NCBI GenBank assembly: GCA_050084515.1
Contig: CM114271.1
Span: forward strand, 11,904,001-11,968,000
DNA: 64,000 nt
Source of the DNA: Blasia pusilla
Lineage: Eukaryota
Direction of reading: 5' to 3'
Part shown: piece by piece, positions 51,373 to 64,000 of the stretch
How the letters are laid out: each line of letters starts with the position of its first letter
How positions within the stretch are numbered: position 1 is the stretch's first letter
Program-made: the position numbers and the translations under genes
Notes under the pieces: model-generated
Seen by the model: the letters and a program-made list of their open reading frames with translations, nothing else
Database searches by the model: none
Told to the model about the DNA's origin: nothing

Positions 51373-53012
51373 CAAGTAGACAAACTCCAAAAATTTGCAA
51401 CCAGATGGATTTTGAGGGTTTACAACCTGTTGGACTCCGACGGGTTACAACTTGGCGGATTCAGAAAATTTGCAAGTAGACGGATTCCGAGGGTTTGCAA
51501 TCTGTCAAACTCGGAAGAGCTGCAACTTTTCGGAGTATGAAAATTTGCAACCATAAGGATTCCAAAAATTTTGCAACCTGTCAGACTCTGACGGGTTGCA
51601 AGTAGTCGGAATCTGACGGGTTGAACTAACCCCATGAATGGCCAAATTGAGGCAATCGGGATAGTCAAAAAAATTCAATGTGTTCAATCCCAAGGGTAAT
51701 TTATTTGTAATGCACTTTCCTTGGTCCACACAACGACAGAAAATCTCACCTATCAACCAACAGCTTGTCAGACGATTTATGTTAGAAGTTTAACGATCAC
51801 TATTCTCTATAAATTAAACATTCTCATTCTTATTCTTATTCTCCTCCCAGTGGAATCATCGGTGTTGACATCTTCAAATGGATAATTATGTGAAACTCAT
51901 ATGTGGCAATCATCTAGCGGCCCTTCCTCAATAAAAAAATAATTCGACTGCAAGCTCGTGATTCTTATGTACAAGTGGATGAAAATTTCCCCTCACTCCA
52001 ATTTCTTCTCCAAATTGGAACAATTTTCATTTCCAAGGATGAACGTCATAGGTGAGATAGTCCAAACAGGGATTGGAGACTCCAAAGTATGGAATCTACT
52101 ACCTTACAGAAATGAACAATGTAGAGTGTATGGCTTGCCTCTAAAGCCTTTTGTTTCTCAAGTCAACGGTCTACAATTTCCTAGTGCACCGAGCTCCACG
52201 TTTGCCACTCCTACCTTTGGAGATCTAGCATCGACTCCAACATCACACTTTAGTAACAATGATGTACTTCCTGAAGAGATTCCGGATGTTCAACCTCACA
52301 GGATCTGTTGGACACCAACCGGACCCTGCCTTTGCCTACTCATTCTTGTTGCAAGTTTTGGACAATAGTTTGTTGTCCTCTCTGCCCTTGAAAATGTTCA
52401 AGCACATTCTTTTCGACGAGTTTCCGCCCACATATGATGGAAATTGCATTTTTGAGTTTCCTCCACTTGCTGGTCCTGCTCGGAAGAAAGATGGATGCTT
52501 GAAGGGTATGGACATAAAGTTTGACTGTCATCAATGGTGCAGGCTACAACAAACTAGTGCTTCAATTCCATGTGGTCCTTCGATTGTTTCTCGCGGCTAA
52601 TGCGTTGGAGCCCTTGAGTGTAGAAGTCTTGGCTGCCCGTTTCTAGAGCACAATGGGCGAGTCAGTACCACGCAATTCCCCCCCAAAGAATGCAAAAACT
52701 CCATATGAGGTTGGTGTTGCCATACCGCCATGAGGCCATCAATTTCCTCATTGTCATGCCTCCCCTTTCTACGTTTGAGCGTGTCGAACATACATTTTTT
52801 CTATTGTGCATGACTATAGTTCTACGTCTGAGTACACCAAGTTGGCACTTCATGTTGGGTCCCACACTCATCCTCTTGTCAGTGCAATTCAGAGACACAT
52901 CAAGGAGGATGTGGCAAAGAAAGAGGCTGAGGTATATAGAAATTCTCCAGGATCAAAGCGCGGAGTGATCAAATTGACAACATCACAAATTTGTGAACGA
53001 CTTCTTGGAATC
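51373..53012 (+). mobile_element. Mutator-like element copy 3 (fragment: palindromes, promoter and 5' transposase 51878-53012), bounded by the CACTA end on the left and copy 2 on the right
   Basis: ATGGATAATTATGTG at 51878; homologous to 61792-62950 (GCM-like cysteines, HVGSHTHP). Breaks at CTTGGAATC|GGGGGCTGG. Confidence 0.85.
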
Positions 53013-55951
53013 GGGGGCTGGTATTCTGGCAGGAGAAAGGAAGAGAGGAGAGTCTCTCTTAAAAAAAAAGGGCCAAATCCGCCTCCTCTCTTCAAAACTT
53101 TTTGACATATTTGAATTTTTTGTTTGCTTTCAAATTCATGAAATCTTTAGAAGATAGTAGGTAGTGGTCCACATTCGGGCCTAAAGAAACCTCCTTTTTC
53201 CAAGGGGCGAAAAAAAAATAGACATCATAAGACCACTACAAACATTTTTCCATCACTCTCCATGTGAGCCTAAGTTTCTTAACATTGCCTGTCTCGGTCT
53301 ACAATAAGCAGTGCCCATGGGTATTTTTGTTGGAGGACCACCCGAATGCGCATCGGTACGATGCCAACCTCTCTTTTTGCAGGGATTGTTGCCTGCATCA
53401 TGGCCTCCCCTGAATTGCCTCATAACCAACTTTCTGTTGGTTATGAATGGTGTCTGCTCAAGACCAACTTTGTGAAATGTGAACACATGAGACGATAATT
53501 GAACCAAAAGATTGTTAGCTTTCTGGAGTAAAGAGGAACTGATGTCCCTTCATTTAGATCCTAAATCTGAGAAACTGAGAAGCTGCACCCCTCCCAACCC
53601 GTCAAAATTTTACAGGTTGCAACTCTTGCAACCCGTCGGAATGAGATGGCTTGCACACCTTGCAAGAAATCTCACCATAAGAAAGGAAAGATTTTGAGAA
53701 GTGATTCCATTCCACCCTACACCCACGAAAATTCAACAGGTTGGGAATCCAAAATGGCAATCCGACAGGTAGTAGGAATCCTGCACGTCTTAGACAAGAA
53801 AAGAAGCCTACAATTGATTTGACGAATCTAGGGGAACGTGCCAAAAGTGAAGAAGCCGGCCACAATGCCTCAGAAGTTGGTCTCATAGGAAAAGAGTCTG
53901 ATCAAACAAACAGCCAACCTGTCGGAATCGGACAGTTTGCCTGGAAATGGTTAAAAAGTTGTAGTGGTCAAAATTTGCAAAGTTGCAACCCGTCGGAATC
54001 AGACGGGTTGCAAAATAAACATTGTGACTAGCTAGACGAACACCATGGAAAAGTCCAAAAAAATTATTCAACAGACTTTTACAAACACCATTATCGTTTG
54101 AAAAAATCTTGTCCTTTATTACATCCGAAGGAAGCTTGGAAATGTACATTTGATCTAGTCTATGATTTCTTGAGCCTCGTCATCCACAAATCTACTCCTA
54201 ACTCTCCTAGGTTCCTGTACAAAAGGAAAGTCCTGGGATACAAGTGGCTCCTCTAGCCGATTGTAGACGGGGATCAAAAATGTTGGCGAATTCGAGAGCC
54301 TTGGCCCCCCTCTAGGTACACCATAATGGTCCCATGTAACCTGATTTGAGTCCCACCGCCTTCCTCGGCACTATATCTTGTAAGCTCTGCAAGATATACA
54401 AGATGACACCCATCCAGTATCAATATGTGCTCAGTCTTTGGAAACACCATCATGGCAATCCGACAGGTAGTTGGAATCCAACACGTCTTAGAGAAGAGAA
54501 GAAGCCTACGACTTGTTTGACGATACTAGGGGAAGGAGCCAAAGTGAGGAAGCCCACCAGAATGCCTCTAAAGTTGGACTAATAGGGAAAGAGTCTGATC
54601 ACTCACGCAACCAACCTGTCGGAATCCGACAAGTTGCTTGGAATTGGTTAAAAAAGTGTAGTGGTCAAAAAGTGAAAAGTTGCAACCCATGGGAATCCGA
54701 CGGGTTGCATAATAAATTGTCGGAGTACATAGACGATCACAATTGATGAGACCAAAAAAGATATTCATCACTGTTCGAAAAAATCTTGTGCTTTATTACA
54801 TCCAAAGGGAGCTCGGAACTGTACATTTGAGATATTCTATGAATTCTTCTGCCTCGTCATCAAATAAATCCCCACTCCAAAATACTGAAGTCAAGTTGGG
54901 TCCTTGAGTTTTTTGAACTCACTCGTCATCGTCCGAGAGCTCTTCGAGAATTACTGTGGGTCTTGCCCTCCCGATTTTTGGAATTGTGGGAAGTGACGAT
55001 GATGTCACTACCAATGGTGGGTCTGGAACCGGAGCTCTCGACTTCGGAGGAGAGTTGTATGCCCCAACTAGCCTGCCGTAATCTGCCTTTGCCTCTTTGC
55101 AAAGGTCAAACATTTCCTGCCTTCCCTCAAGGCAGAGAATGTTCCTGCCACTCTGCCAGGCGCCTCTCATACTCGCCCCTGAAAGGCCCACTAAGTCGAA
55201 CACCAAGTTACCCGGCCTTGAGCAGAACTCGATGAGCGTTTGCATCAGGGCTGGCGACTTTTCCCTTCCTCCAAGTAAGGGGGTACCGTCTCGCATGTAA
55301 ATTCCCGGGGAGGGGAGGGGGGGAGGAATTGTATAAACTATCTAAGCTGTACCCATCGGAGCATGGATCCACTGGATCGAGGATCTGAAACACTTGGAAG
55401 TTGTGCTCGGGCCTTACAAAATAGTAGACAAAGGAGTGGTCCATGTGTAAAGAAGCAGGTTGGAAAAAATATCAGCACAAGAAAGAGCTAATTTCAGTCT
55501 GCAACAAGAAAGGCATACTATCAGAATGCTGACAACGTGCAACTCGTTCCCAAAGAACTTCGCTTAACCCGAGAGAACTTAGTTATAATCCTAACATTGG
55601 AGCAACCTGTCGGAGTCCGACGGGTTGTTTTATAAGTGTTAGTGAAATTTTTTGCCATGAGCAACCCGTCGGAAGGCTACAGGTTGTTGGATTAGAGCAA
55701 CCCGTCGCTTTCAGACGGGTTGCATCATTCCAGAAACACAAGGAAAAAGCATAATCATTTGCAACCCGTCGGGTTCCGACGGGTTGCATTCACCCAATGG
55801 AGACTTGCGGTAAATTTGCAACCCGTCGCTTTCAGACGGATTGCACCATCAAAGTCTCTAGCTCAAAAAATCCAACGGGTTGCATGCAGAGATGCAACCC
55901 GTCGGAGAAAGAAAATTTGGATATGGATTTAGAGCCCTTACCCAGATTTGA

Positions 55952-56346
55952 TGTGAGAAAAGTAGAAAGTGACTAATCACTGAAATCTTTACAAAACTTA
56001 GAGATACAAAGTGGCCTAGTCCGTCCGTGCGCTCACAGAAGAGCTTCGATGGAACCTAAACTGGGAGATTACTCGACATACGAGAATGCGCTACCGCTGC
56101 GGCTCCCAACTATTTGACTACTCGGAAAAACTAGGGTTTTACCTATTTTTCTTTGTTTCTATTAATAGAAAATTTTTGCCTAACAGGTTTATTTAAACCT
56201 AGTAACGCTACTCTGTAAACCACCTACGTCATATTACTATGACTCCTTCGACGTCTAAGTTGGAACCATCGATCTAGGCTTCTCCTCATACAAGGGGGCC
56301 GATCAAATCAATGGTGCTCAGAGGAGTGGATGTTGAGAATCCAATA
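55952..56346. mobile_element. Probable solo LTR (395 bp) inserted in cargo gene copy 2
   Basis: Absent from copy 1. Flanked by 5-bp TTTGA repeats (55947-55951, 56347-56351); TG...TA ends (probably mutated TG...CA). Confidence 0.65.
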
Positions 56347-58429
56347 TTTGACTCGTCGCGGATCAGAGTGGGTACTCGTTCTTGATGACCCACGATTACG
56401 CCGTCCTCCACTTCAACGACCTCTTGACGCACTGCAGATTGAAGAGCTCATCCTCGCTCCCTCCAATAAAAACTAAGAAACAACCCCTATCACTAAGATA
56501 AGCATTTGCAAAGGAAAACAGGAGCGCGATTTGGTCATAAGAAAGAGGGACATTCCAGTCTGGGACCCCGTCGGACGGATTCTCGTCCCACAAGCGCAAC
56601 CCCAAGGGAAAATCAGCGTTAAGGAGATCCACCGCCACCTCTTCGACCTCCCCATAGACCGTCCAGGGAGCGTGCCCGTTTTGTTGAAGCTTCCATCCCA
56701 GCGTTGTCAATTTCTTGATGGCGGGTGTTGACGCTTGGGAATTGAAACTTTTCAGCTCATCCAGAAGATTCGTGGAGTGAATGATGACGCTTGTCCGGGT
56801 CGTTGTTTCTCTATGTCTTCCCAAGGATGATGGAGTGTATTCCACATCTTGGTCTGCTCCCTAGGACAACCCTGGCGCCTCTCGCTTCCGCTTCTCTCGA
56901 GTCTGCGGTCGGCTTGTTGGGGTCTCTATTACCTCAGACTCTGGTGGAGTTTTTTTTGCGGAGGACCTGGTTTGACCCTCTCTCCCCGCTCGCCCGGACG
57001 ATTCCGGCTCTCGCCTTGAATTTTTAGCCTCTCTTTGGTAAGACTCGGCCTCGGAATTCTTCGATCCCCTCGCCTTGGCTTTGAGACCCGTTGTAGATTT
57101 GTCCTTGGCGATGACAACTTTGGACACCAACTCCGCTGTCTCGAGGGCTTGCTCCTCCGCATCTCCTTCAAAAAAGTCTTCAGGCTGCATGAAATTGGGG
57201 ATGTCATCCCTACCTGCGGCCTCTGCATCATAGAGCAGGCGTAGATCTTTCTCGGTTATGTCCTCAAGGTCGTTGAAGTCCAGCCAGATCGGAAATTCTC
57301 CACCTCCCAATCGGACATGCTTTGAGCCATCTCCATGTCGTACATGGAAAATGTCTCTCCATCAGGCGAAGAAGCCCACAATTTGCAGGCTGCAGGTATT
57401 TTTCGCCATGTACCTACATTCTTACAATGGACAAGGTACCTGAACACCATGTGTTGGGCAGCTCTTAGTCGAGATGCATCGGCCGCCTGCTCCTGAAGAT
57501 CTCGCTTCTTCTTTGCGAAATCCCTTTTCTTCGCCTCTATTTCTTCATCAAGGTCTGCCTGAGGGAGGATGCGATCCTTGAACATCGTCCTGAAACTTGG
57601 GTTTTTTATGGGCTTGTCCCACATGTCATCCAGCCAAAGTTCAAAATCTTCAGCACTCTCCAGGTTTGCTTCCTTCGGAATTGGCTTTATTCTTTTCAGT
57701 TCCGCTTGGAGATCCACGAGCATGGACTTCCGAGAAGCCGCAACGCATCCCAAAATGACCATTCTCGGAGCCAGTGGGAGATCACTGGATCAGAGACACC
57801 TGAAGGATGGTGTGCCGCCCTCTTTTGGGCCTCTCTGCCCTCGAGACTCATTTTCATCAGTCGGATTCTCCAAAATTCCAAAATTCCAAAATTCCAGACA
57901 AGGCAAATCAATGCACGTAATCAAGAGACACTTTCTCCCCAATCCGACCCTCCGGATCTTCATCCCTCTTCCTTTGGCGCTTGATCATCGCCTTCAGCTC
58001 CTTGTAGAAATTGGGGCCAAGTTCAGGGTTGAGAATGGCGATGTAGCGCTGCATCCTGCTTGCCGTGTACTTCATAGTTGTAGATACTGCAGCTTGGATG
58101 AACTTAGCACGCTCAGACACAGACACTTTCTCCCTCCGCTCCAACTCCAATGCAGCGCTCTTCTTGGCGGCTTGTATCTTCGACCAGCAAAGGATTGTCA
58201 CGGCTGCATCTTGGGAAATAAATGTATTTGCCCAAGTCTTTTTTCTTATTTGAGCACCCTTTGCCAGCATCTCATTTACAAGGGCGTCGCCCAAGAACCC
58301 CTTGTACTCTGCCAGGTGCGTCATTAGCACTTTCTTCACCCGATCGTAATCCTGGATCTAGTGATGGGTGATATTCCCCTCCGATACAATCTTGCACATC
58401 CAAACTCAATATAAGAAATTTTGCAAGCT

Positions 58430-59070
58430 ACATGGGTTCTTGCAACCCGTCAGACTCCGACAGGTCGTCACAGCTCATGGTTGGAATGGTAGCTACGAGC
58501 TAAATTTTGCAACCCATTGGAGTCCGATGTGTGATTGCCTGGTTTCAACTCGTCAGACTCCGACGGGTTGTCAGATAATTTGTATTTAGAGAGTGGTCTC
58601 CGCGAGAAAAGTGAACATATCAACCCGTCTGAGTCCGACATGTTGCACAATTTCAATTAAAGCTGCAATTTGACGCCAAAAATCAAGCTCCCATACTCTC
58701 ATCACCTTCATGTGTCGGCGAATGCAACCTGTCCGACTCCGACGAGTTGCTTTGGGCCAAAAACATCCTAAACCAGTGGTCAGTCAAGCAACTCGTCGGA
58801 TTCCGACAAGTTGCTTTCTTCCAAAAATATCCAAAAATAGCGGCCAATCGAGCAACTCGTTGGACTCCGATGAGTTGCTTTTGGCCAAAAACATCCTAAA
58901 CGAGTGGTCAGTCAAACAACTCGTGGGACTCCGACGAGTTTCTTTCGGCCAAAAACATCCTAAACCATTGGTCAGTCGAACAACTCGTCGGACTCCAACG
59001 AGTTGCTTTTGGCCAAAAACATCCCAAAAATAGTGGCGAGTCAAACAACTTGTCGGAGTCCGACGGTTTG
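58430..59070. repeat. Palindrome array with 64-bp period in intron 1 of copy 2
   Basis: Units start at 58725, 58789, 58853, 58917, 58981 and ~59046. Confidence 0.88.
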
Positions 59071-60669
59071 CAGCAAGAGGAAACTTATGTGTTCATGGCA
59101 TGCATGGCCATCTTCACCATCGCCATGTGATGAGGGTATGGATGTAGCACGATTGCCTTCACGCAAAAATGCGCCTCCAATGAGTTTGGGTGCTTCTCTG
59201 CAAACTGGGTCCATGCCATGAACCTGTGGTTTCCATCATAGATGAAGAAATACACGTTCTGCATCCAGCTGAATTCTGTCCCCTCAATCGCCCTTCTGAA
59301 TTCCTGATCTCTCATCCTCCAGAATATGTCGAGCGCTTCCAAGTCCTCCTCTGTAACCAGCGCTTGGGTTCCATGTTCATCGTAAGGCTGAACATAGAAC
59401 GGAGGGAAGCTGTTGACGTAGGATGTTGTCGCTGCCGATTGTTTTAGCTTCGTAATATCCTTGTCATACTGAATTTTGCGGACGTACTCCATTTTTCGCA
59501 ATCGGAAAAGTGGAATTTTTGGGGCGTTCTGGCCCTCCATCAGTGCCATCTGCTTTACCACCTGTCACAACGGGGACAAGGTCAATAAGTTACACTGAAT
59601 TGCCAATGAATTGCAACATGGGCTTTCACATAACTCACAGAACAAAGATCGTATCTTACCCGCTCGAAGATTGGGTCGGTGTCTTGGCCAGCCAACTGCT
59701 CTGGGACAGTAGCTAGCAAGTCCACTCGAAACTCGTCGATCCGATAGAGGTCGATTTCTTCCGCCGGGCTTAAAGACAAGGAAGACCGCTCTCCTGCTTC
59801 TTCAGCGATGTCCACCATCTCCACGCTCGCGGTCCTCATGACCTCATCATCCGTCACTTGAACTTCGGCCGTTTCCGCAATATTGATTTTGTCCCCAGAC
59901 TTCATCGGGGACATTTCCTGCATCTCAATACTTTCGGTTGGACGGGTCGGGCTTTCTTCAATGGCAATCGCTTTTTCCCTCCGAGCTTTGCCAATTCTGC
60001 TCTTCTCATCGACCCATCCAGACGCTTCTTTTCACGCTTTTCGTCGGCGATCCTTTTCTTCAAGGCGTGCGATGCCTCAGCCTCTGCGTCCTAGTTTTCG
60101 AGCACCTCCTTTACACGTTTTGCAAAAAGCTCTTGCTTGTGCATCTTCGCTTCCCTTTCCTGCTCCTCAATTTCTTGCTGCCTTTTCTCATTGGCCGAAC
60201 AAGGCCCTGGAGATGGTGACACAGGAGTCCTTATGGACTTGGGAGTGAAGTTCCCAGCCTTGTTTGCTTGATATTTTTTCCAAGTCATTGTTCCCGAAAA
60301 TGCCTCCTATGGTCAAGGAAATTGCTCTATGTGCATGATGAGTTGCCTCAAGGAGTCGCCTTGATGAGTCGCCTTGATGATGTCGCAATGAGTTACCTTG
60401 ATGAGTAGCTCAAATCGTCTCGCGATCGTTTCTCTCGAATCGTCTCGCGATCGTTCGCTCGAATCGTCTCGCAATGAGTCACTGTGTAAAGCGCCCCTTG
60501 GTATCTGGTCAGCTGCTGTGGGCGGAAGAGCAATTGAGATCGCGAAACAAAAAACCAAAACTGAGCAAACCCTCGTCTATTTCTACTTTTCGAGCTGTTG
60601 GGCTAACCGTTGGGTCGCATCGTCGTTCCGACAACGACGTGTTGGCCGTTATGGAAGTCTGGACGTGAA

Positions 60670-61610
60670 AAACACCAACCCAACGGCTCCGACAGGTTGC
60701 ACGCTTCCCGTGGGTTCCAAGCATCTGTCCTCCTAGGCAACCCGTCGGAGACCAACAGGTTGCATGCCTCCGCCGTCTTTGGACAAGAACGCGAGGTACC
60801 CACGCAACCTGTCGGAGACCGGTGGGTTGCACGCTTCCCTCGTCTTGGGATAACAAGGCGGGCTACCCGCGCAACTCGTCGGAGGCCAACAGGTTGCACG
60901 CTTCCTTCATGTAAGCAGTACAAGGCGAGGCATTTGCGCAACCCGTCTGAGGTCGACGGGTTGTGCGCCTTCGCCATCTTCGGGCAAGAAGGCGCGGCAC
61001 CCGTACAACTCGTCGAAGACGGACGGGTTGCACGCTTCCTTCATGTAAGCGTTACAAGGTGAGGCACTTGCGCAACCCGTCTGAGGCCGACGGGTTGCCC
61101 GCCTCCGCCGTCTTTGGGCAAGAAGGCGCGGCACCCGCGCAACTCGTCGGAGACCGACGGGTTGCACGCTTCCTTCATGTTAGCATTACAAGGTGAGGCA
61201 CTTGCGCAACCCGTCCAAAGCCGACGGGTTGCACGCTTCGCTTATCTTGGGGTAATAGGTGAGGTACAAGGGCAACCCATCGGTTAGCGACAGGTTGCAC
61301 GCTTTTCTATCCCTCGGGTAACAATTTGACAACGTATAGTTCGGAGGCAACCCATTGCAATCTGACGGGTCACATGATCTACCCTGAGTTGGACAATCCC
61401 GCAAAAGTCCCCAACGATTGGTTTCCTCACCATATGCAAGCGATATCTCGTGTTTAATGCTAGCAAAATCGACTCAAAAGACCATTGGTCGGCTAGAAGG
61501 GGGTACCAACCCAACGGACTCCGACGGGTTCCATCAAATAGAAGTGGGTGCTTCGCAACCAACGTCTCTGATTCTCAAATTCTGCAACCCACCTGACTCT
61601 GACAGGTTGC
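60670..61610. repeat. Palindrome array in the divergent intergenic region of copy 2 (includes ~134-bp two-palindrome tandem units)
   Basis: CAACCCGTC...GACGGGTTG units repeating at ~60939, 61073 and 61207. Confidence 0.85.
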
Positions 61611-61791
61611 AACAGAATTGAATCCATTGTGTCAAACATTCTCACCTACCAAACTTCATCTTGTCAGTCAAATTCTGTCAGGAGAATCTGAGTCCCTATT
61701 CACTATAAATTAAACATTCTCATTCTCATACCCATTCCCATTTTTATCATCATTCTTATTCTCAGTCTCCTCCCGGTGGAATATTTTGGGA

Positions 61792-63813
61792 ATGGATAAT
61801 TATGTGAAGCTCACTTGTGGCAATCATCTAGCGGCCCTTCCTCAATGAGAAATCATTCGACCGCAAGCTCGTGAGTCTTTCATAGCAGAGGATGAAAATT
61901 TTCTCTTAGTTCGATTTCTTCTCCAAATTGGAACCATCTTTGTATCCAAGGATGTTAGGGTGGACGGTACGGAGGACATAATAGGTGAGACAGTCCAACC
62001 AGTGATTGCAGACCGTAAAGTATGGAATCTCCTACCTCTAGCAAATGGTCAATACAGAGTTTACAACTTGTCCCTGAATTCCTCTGTTTCCCAAGTAGAC
62101 GGTCGAGAATTTCCTAGTTCATCGAGCTCTACGTTTGCAACTCCTACCTCAGTAGATCCGACATCGACTCCAACTTCACACACTCGTAACAATGTTGTAC
62201 TTCCTGAAGACATTCCGGATGTCGTCAACCTCAGTGGATCTGTCGGACACCAACCGGGCCCTCTGTCCGCCTACTCATTCCTCTTGCGAGTATCAGGCAA
62301 TAGTTTGCTATCGTCTCTGGTCTTGAAAATGTTCAAGCACATTCTTGTCGACGAGCTGCTGCCCACGTATGATGGTAATTGCATTTTTGAGTTGCCTCCA
62401 CTTGCTGCTCCTGCTCAAAAGAAAGATGGAGAACGCTTGAAGGGTATGGACAGAAAGTCTAATTGTCATCGATGGTGCAGGCTTCAACGAACTAGTGCTT
62501 CAATTCCAGATGGTCCTTGGATTGTCTCCCGCCGCCAATGCGTTGGAGCCTTGGAGTGTAGAAGTACAACATGCCCGTATCTAGAGCGCAACGGGCGGGT
62601 CAATACGTCGCAATTCCCCCCAAGAATGCAGAAACTGCATATGAGGTCAGTGCCACCATACCGTCGAGAGGCCATCAATGTCCTCATTGTCAAGCATCCC
62701 CTTTCTACGTTGGAGCGTGTCCTGCATACATATTTTTCATTGTCCATGACTTGGGCTCCACGTCAGAGTTCACAAGGCTGGAAGTTCATGTTGGCTCCCA
62801 CACTCATCCTGTGACCGATGCAATTTAGAGACACATCAAGGAGGATGTGACGAAGAAAGTGGTCGAGGTCCACAAAGACTCTCCGGGTTCAAAGCCCGGA
62901 GTGATCAAGCTAAAAAAAACATCACAAATTTGTGAAAAATTTGCTTGGAATCCCTGGACAGGGCGAGATCACGGCTGCTGAGGAGAAACAACTATGGGAA
63001 AATCTCGCATTTATCGCTGATCCTAAATGCTTCCGGAATTGGCTGCGTCAAATACGGGTATTGGATGGAAAGACGGCCGAAATGGATGCCATTGCCAGAA
63101 TCAAGGCCAACTCCATATTTCCATTCATTCAGAGATGGCAGTTCATGGGCCAAGGAGGCAAAGGATCCAAGGCCTATGTCTTCAAAATGTCAACCACAGG
63201 TCCGTCGAGTGGCCTCGATCTTATAGATCGAATGAGGGAAGGGGAAGATCTTTACGACAGCTGGGTAAGCTTTGATATTTGCTACAGAGTGTTGAACGGA
63301 TGGTTGACAATGGGTGCTCACATTTATGACCATGTGGAGAAGGGACTCAAAATTATATTTGTCTGTGAAGTAAAAGCAAAAGACGTTGGTAGTTTGAAGA
63401 TGTGTTGGGTACTCTTTTTGGAGGTGGTGAAGGAAAACAAAAGGCCACCTCTGGAAATTTATGGGTTCATGGCGGACAATGCACAACCTGGGTGGATTGC
63501 TATCAGGGAAGTGTTCTGGGGTGGAGAGGTTCAACCCGAGAGGGAAAGTTCAGATGCTTTCCATTGGCAACAGTCTGTGACCCGATACACCAAATCTTGC
63601 ATCAAGGAGAATAAGAGGACAGAGCATGTCACTCTACTCCAACGCTGCAAGGACAGCAAAACCTTGAAACAGGCCATGGAATGCCAAGAAGAACTTCATG
63701 GGTGGTGGAGGAAGCATGCGATTGAGGGGAAGTACAAAGAGTTGTGCTCTTGGATGAGTTGGTGGACTGTACGTATGAGACAATGGGGAAACTTCATGCG
63801 GCAACTGAGTTGA
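61792..63813 (+). pseudogene. Transposase copy 2, exon 1 (GCM-like domain and MULE DDE core); remainder beyond the window
   Basis: MDNYVKL start in frame with ORF 61960-62814. ORF 62932-63813 has WVSFD, FMADNAQ and DAFHWQQ. Confidence 0.82.
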
Positions 63814-64000
63814 CTATTTTGTCTTGTCAAGCTCACGCTGAGAATTTTTTGAAAAGTTCCAGCTCAAGTTGAGAAGTGTGGGCACTATTGGGATTTCAAA
63901 CCGAAGAAACCAAATAACTTGTTGGATGCGACGGGTCGCCCGAGTGTGCAACCCGTCGGAAACAGACGGGTTGCCCGAGTGTGCAATCCCTGGGAAATGG

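Larger units (their letters stand above)
54919..60288 (-). pseudogene. Cargo gene copy 2: ParB/Srx-like domain and beta-class amino-methyltransferase-like domain, collinear (not inverted)
   Basis: IPLFRLRKMEYVRKI...KLKQS...YFFIYDGNHRFMAW; VDLLNADFPLG; REKSPALMQTLIEFCSRPGNLVFDLVGLSGASMRGAWQSGRNILCLE. Confidence 0.72.
53013..64000 (+). mobile_element. Mutator-like element copy 2 (runs off the window end), opposite orientation to copy 1
   Basis: Starts GGGGGCTGGTATTCTGGCAGGAGA, the reverse complement of the copy 1 end. Collinear with 28130 down to ~17950. Confidence 0.88.

Noticed and set aside
58725-59070. CRISPR-like array (palindromic ~29-bp repeat, ~35-bp spacers, 64-bp period)
   Set aside because: The spacers resemble each other, the repeats are degenerate, the array lies in a spliceosomal intron of a eukaryotic transposon, and there are no cas genes.

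Overview
This window is eukaryotic, repeat-dense and made almost entirely of nested transposons. The element types and GT-AG introns suggest a non-seed land plant; that is an inference. No intact host gene, RNA gene or CRISPR array is supported. The outer shell is a CACTA (EnSpm) DNA transposon whose right end (...TTCTAGTG) lies at 51372; its left subterminal repeats are at 1-440, so the left end lies just outside the window. Nested inside are two related Ty3/Gypsy elements with integrase-PHD fingers, one of which carries a C5-cytosine DNA methyltransferase domain between protease and RT. Also nested are an Athila-like Gypsy with an extra 3' ORF and a solo-LTR insertion, LINE debris and an (AG)102 microsatellite. 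The most unusual feature is a ~12.4-kb Mutator-like element present three times (15765-28130 complete; 51373-53012 partial; 53013 to beyond 64000). It has no TIRs or TSD that I can see. It encodes a GCM-like/MULE-DDE/SWIM transposase head-to-head with a spliced cargo gene combining a ParB/Srx-like domain and a beta-class N4C/N6A-type DNA methyltransferase-like domain. Its non-coding DNA holds dozens of copies of a ~29-bp palindrome (TGCAACCCGTCGG-N3-CCGACGGGTTGCA). All coding copies here carry stops or frameshifts. Domain calls are from motif recognition by eye and need HMM or structure confirmation.
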